The position numbers were made by a program, and so were the translations under genes. Under the pieces are notes generated by a model. That model saw only the letters and a program-made list of their open reading frames with translations. It was not told where the DNA came from and made no database searches. Source: Meiothermus sp. (GTDB lineage Bacteria > Deinococcota > Deinococci > Deinococcales > Thermaceae). From it: a stretch of DNA of 28,965 bases. Of this stretch, positions 26,955 to 28,965 are shown in pieces. The stretch covers positions 1 to 28,965 of the forward strand of contig JANRLD010000062.1 in assembly GCA_033762915.1 (NCBI GenBank), in the 5' to 3' direction. Every line of letters starts with the position of its first letter. Positions within the stretch are counted from its first letter, which is position 1.

Positions 26955-27331
26955 ACCTCGAGCAGCTTAGCTTGACGGCGGGCGGAGTCCTGACCGTAAG
27001 TGTGGGCCTGTTTCACCTGGCCTTCTGGCGCCTCTTCGACTGGAAGGACGAGCTGCCCCGGCTCCAGCCCGTCAACCGGGGCGTTCTGCAGGTGCTCAAC
27101 ATCCAAATCACGGTGATGGCCTTTGTGCTGGGGTTCGTCAGCCTGCGTTACCCCGCCGAACTCAGCAGCACCCCTTTGGGTCAGGCTCTGGTGTGGGGGA
27201 TTGCCGTTTTCTGGTTGGTCCGTGCCCTCAACCAGCCCCTTTTTTGGGGAATGAGCAGCAGGGTCTCGATGGCCTTCACGGCCGTCTGGGCCATCATCGC
27301 CCTGACCTACCTGATCCCCGCAGTCCTCTGA
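26951..27331 (+). CDS. Hypothetical 4-TM membrane protein
   Basis: GTGA overlap at 26951; FHLAFWRLFDWKDEL and FWLVRA. Confidence 0.75.
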   Translation: MNLEQLSLTAGGVLTVSVGLFHLAFWRLFDWKDELPRLQPVNRGVLQVLNIQITVMAFVLGFVSLRYPAELSSTPLGQALVWGIAVFWLVRALNQPLFWGMSSRVSMAFTAVWAIIALTYLIPAVL

Positions 27332-27465
27332 AACCATCTAGCCGCGTCGTTGCCGCCGACGGGGTGACGCTCACCAGCTGGAGTCGAATTCGCGCCGATC
27401 AGAAACTATAAACCGTAAAGCGCCATACGGTGAGAAAGTCCTGAACGGGTAGCCTAGCCTTTGTC

Positions 27466-28086
27466 ATGAACGCAACCACCGACCGCACCCTCACCGTCAA
27501 AGACGCCGTGCTAAACCGCCGCAGCATCCGCAAGTTCAAGCCCGAGCCCATTCCCCAAGAAGACCTCGAGCAAATTCTTGCCCTGGCCCTCAAGGCCCCC
27601 AGCTCCAACAACCTTCAGCCCTGGCGCCTGGCCGTAGTGCAAAACCCCGAAGTCAAGGAGCGACTGCGCGAAGCCGCCAATAACCAGGCCCAGGTCTCCT
27701 CCGCGCCGGCCGTGCTGGTGGTCTACGGCGACATGAAGGACACCCTCGAGCACCTCGAGCAGACCTTCCACCCCACCACCCCGCAGGAGGGCTGGGCCGC
27801 CCGTGCCGCCAAGACCCGCGAGTCTTGGGGCCACAAGACCGAAAAGGAGCGCGAAGATTGGGGGAAGGCTCAGGGCTTCATCCTGCTGGGCTACCTGATG
27901 CTCATCACCAAGTCTTTCGGCTACGACAGCGTGCCGATGGGCGGCTTCAACTCCGACAAGGTCAAAGAGGTACTGGGCCTGCCCGCCCACGTCGCCATTA
28001 CCGCCGTCCTGCCCGTTGGGGTTGCGGACGAGGAGGGCAAGGAGCACCACCGCCACGAACTCGAGCGCGTGGTTCGGTGGTATTGA
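27466..28086 (+). CDS. Nitroreductase family (FMN-dependent NAD(P)H oxidoreductase)
   Basis: RRSIRKF, APSSNNLQPW and GYDSVPMGGF. Confidence 0.93.
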   Translation: MNATTDRTLTVKDAVLNRRSIRKFKPEPIPQEDLEQILALALKAPSSNNLQPWRLAVVQNPEVKERLREAANNQAQVSSAPAVLVVYGDMKDTLEHLEQTFHPTTPQEGWAARAAKTRESWGHKTEKEREDWGKAQGFILLGYLMLITKSFGYDSVPMGGFNSDKVKEVLGLPAHVAITAVLPVGVADEEGKEHHRHELERVVRWY

Positions 28087-28225
28087 GGCTGACCTAACGC
28101 TAAAAGTCTGTTGCCGAAGTTGTACTAAACACCAAGGGCATTCCTATGGTTTCGCACCTTAGCCCCCTCTAACAGAGAAGGGGCTATAACTCCCGAATCT
28201 AAGCCATCGGCCCCAACATTCCTCC

Positions 28226-28254
28226 TTGCGCGGTCATCCAAACCCCGCTATGGT
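28226..28254 (+). promoter_or_regulatory. Promoter TTGCGC-17-TATGGT, likely leaderless start
   Basis: The -10 box lies 7 nt before ATG 28262. Confidence 0.6.
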
Positions 28255-28261
28255 TTGAGGC

Positions 28262-28702
28262 ATGTACGAGTTTGTGTTGATTCTGCACAACGTTCTGCGC
28301 TGGCTGGTGGTGGGGGCGGCGGTCTGGGTGATGGTCGCTTCGGTACGGGGACTGCAGACCGGGCAGTACGCGGCCTCCGACCGCACGGCGGGTCGGGTCT
28401 TCGTGGGCGCGATGGACACCATGCTGCTGCTGGGCCTCATCCTGATGTTTGTCAGCCCAGTGGTGCGGGCCGCCCTGGCCGATTTGGGGGGCGCTATGGG
28501 TCAGCGTGACCTGAGGTTTTTCGCCATGGAACACTGGCTCTTGATGGTGTTTGCGGTGGCGCTGGCGCACCTGGGCAGCTCGAGGGTGCGCCGGGCGGTG
28601 GAGGCCTCTGCCAAACACCGCCAAGCCCTGATCTTTTACGGCCTCAGCCTGCTCTTGGTCCTTTTCGCCATACCCTGGTGGAGGCCGTTGCTGCGGATGT
28701 GA
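28262..28702 (+). CDS. 4-TM membrane protein with membrane histidines (cytochrome b-like, tentative)
   Basis: LHNVLRW, MEHWLLM, LAHLG and IPW; four hydrophobic segments. Confidence 0.7.
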   Translation: MYEFVLILHNVLRWLVVGAAVWVMVASVRGLQTGQYAASDRTAGRVFVGAMDTMLLLGLILMFVSPVVRAALADLGGAMGQRDLRFFAMEHWLLMVFAVALAHLGSSRVRRAVEASAKHRQALIFYGLSLLLVLFAIPWWRPLLRM

Positions 28703-28824
28703 GCGGCCCGGTTTTGGCCAAACACACAAAACGGTGATGTTTTTGAGTCGGGGTAGCGGCTAGCGGCCCGCAGTTCCTCTGGAGACAGGCCTGGCCATGG
28801 CGTCCGGCGTTCGAGGCCAGGTCC

Positions 28825-28965
28825 ACCGCAAAGTCGCCTTAAAGCCTCCCCTACAGCGTAGGGGAGGTTGGAGGGGTCTGTTCCGAGGTCGCCCATTCAG
28901 TCAGCGAATACATGAGTCAGCGCGGAACAAACCCCGCCCTACCCACCCCTACGCTGTAGGGGTGG
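28825..28965. repeat. REPIN/MITE-like element (right copy, inverted, runs to the window end)
   Basis: 139/141 identity to the reverse complement of 16-156. Confidence 0.9.

Noticed and set aside
1..28965. Whole window as a composite transposon or linear element
   Set aside because: There is no transposase, integrase or replication gene, and the cargo is housekeeping. Contig breakage at repeats is more likely.

Overview
GC-rich bacterial chromosomal segment. It is probably Thermaceae (Meiothermus/Calidithermus-like), inferred from the mqnE-mqnA futalosine genes, protein similarity and many TANNNT boxes placed 5-9 nt before start codons. It holds about 29 genes. Metabolism and regulation: a LacI regulator, mqnE/mqnA, GTP-dependent PEPCK, a DUF4212-ActP-like symporter pair and a clade-X-type PFK. 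Envelope: a gluzincin-peptidase/TolB-propeller/Omp85-barrel fusion divergent from an M24 peptidase, two paralogous lipoproteins flanking the PFK, an orphan TAXI binding protein, two tandem 57-aa membrane paralogs and a BON-BON-LysM protein. Other genes: an RlmD-like methyltransferase, a minimal zincin, a BaeSR-like two-component system near a double-SHOCT protein, a TetR-CMD-membrane operon and a nitroreductase. No transposase, integrase, tRNA, rRNA or CRISPR array was seen. Non-coding structure includes four copies of a ~100-bp MITE with a 3-bp TGA/TAA target duplication, a REPIN-like element in inverted copies at both window ends, and a strong excess of CTCGAG (about 85 by hand count, versus about 10 expected from base composition). 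All product calls come from motif recognition; no database searches were run.
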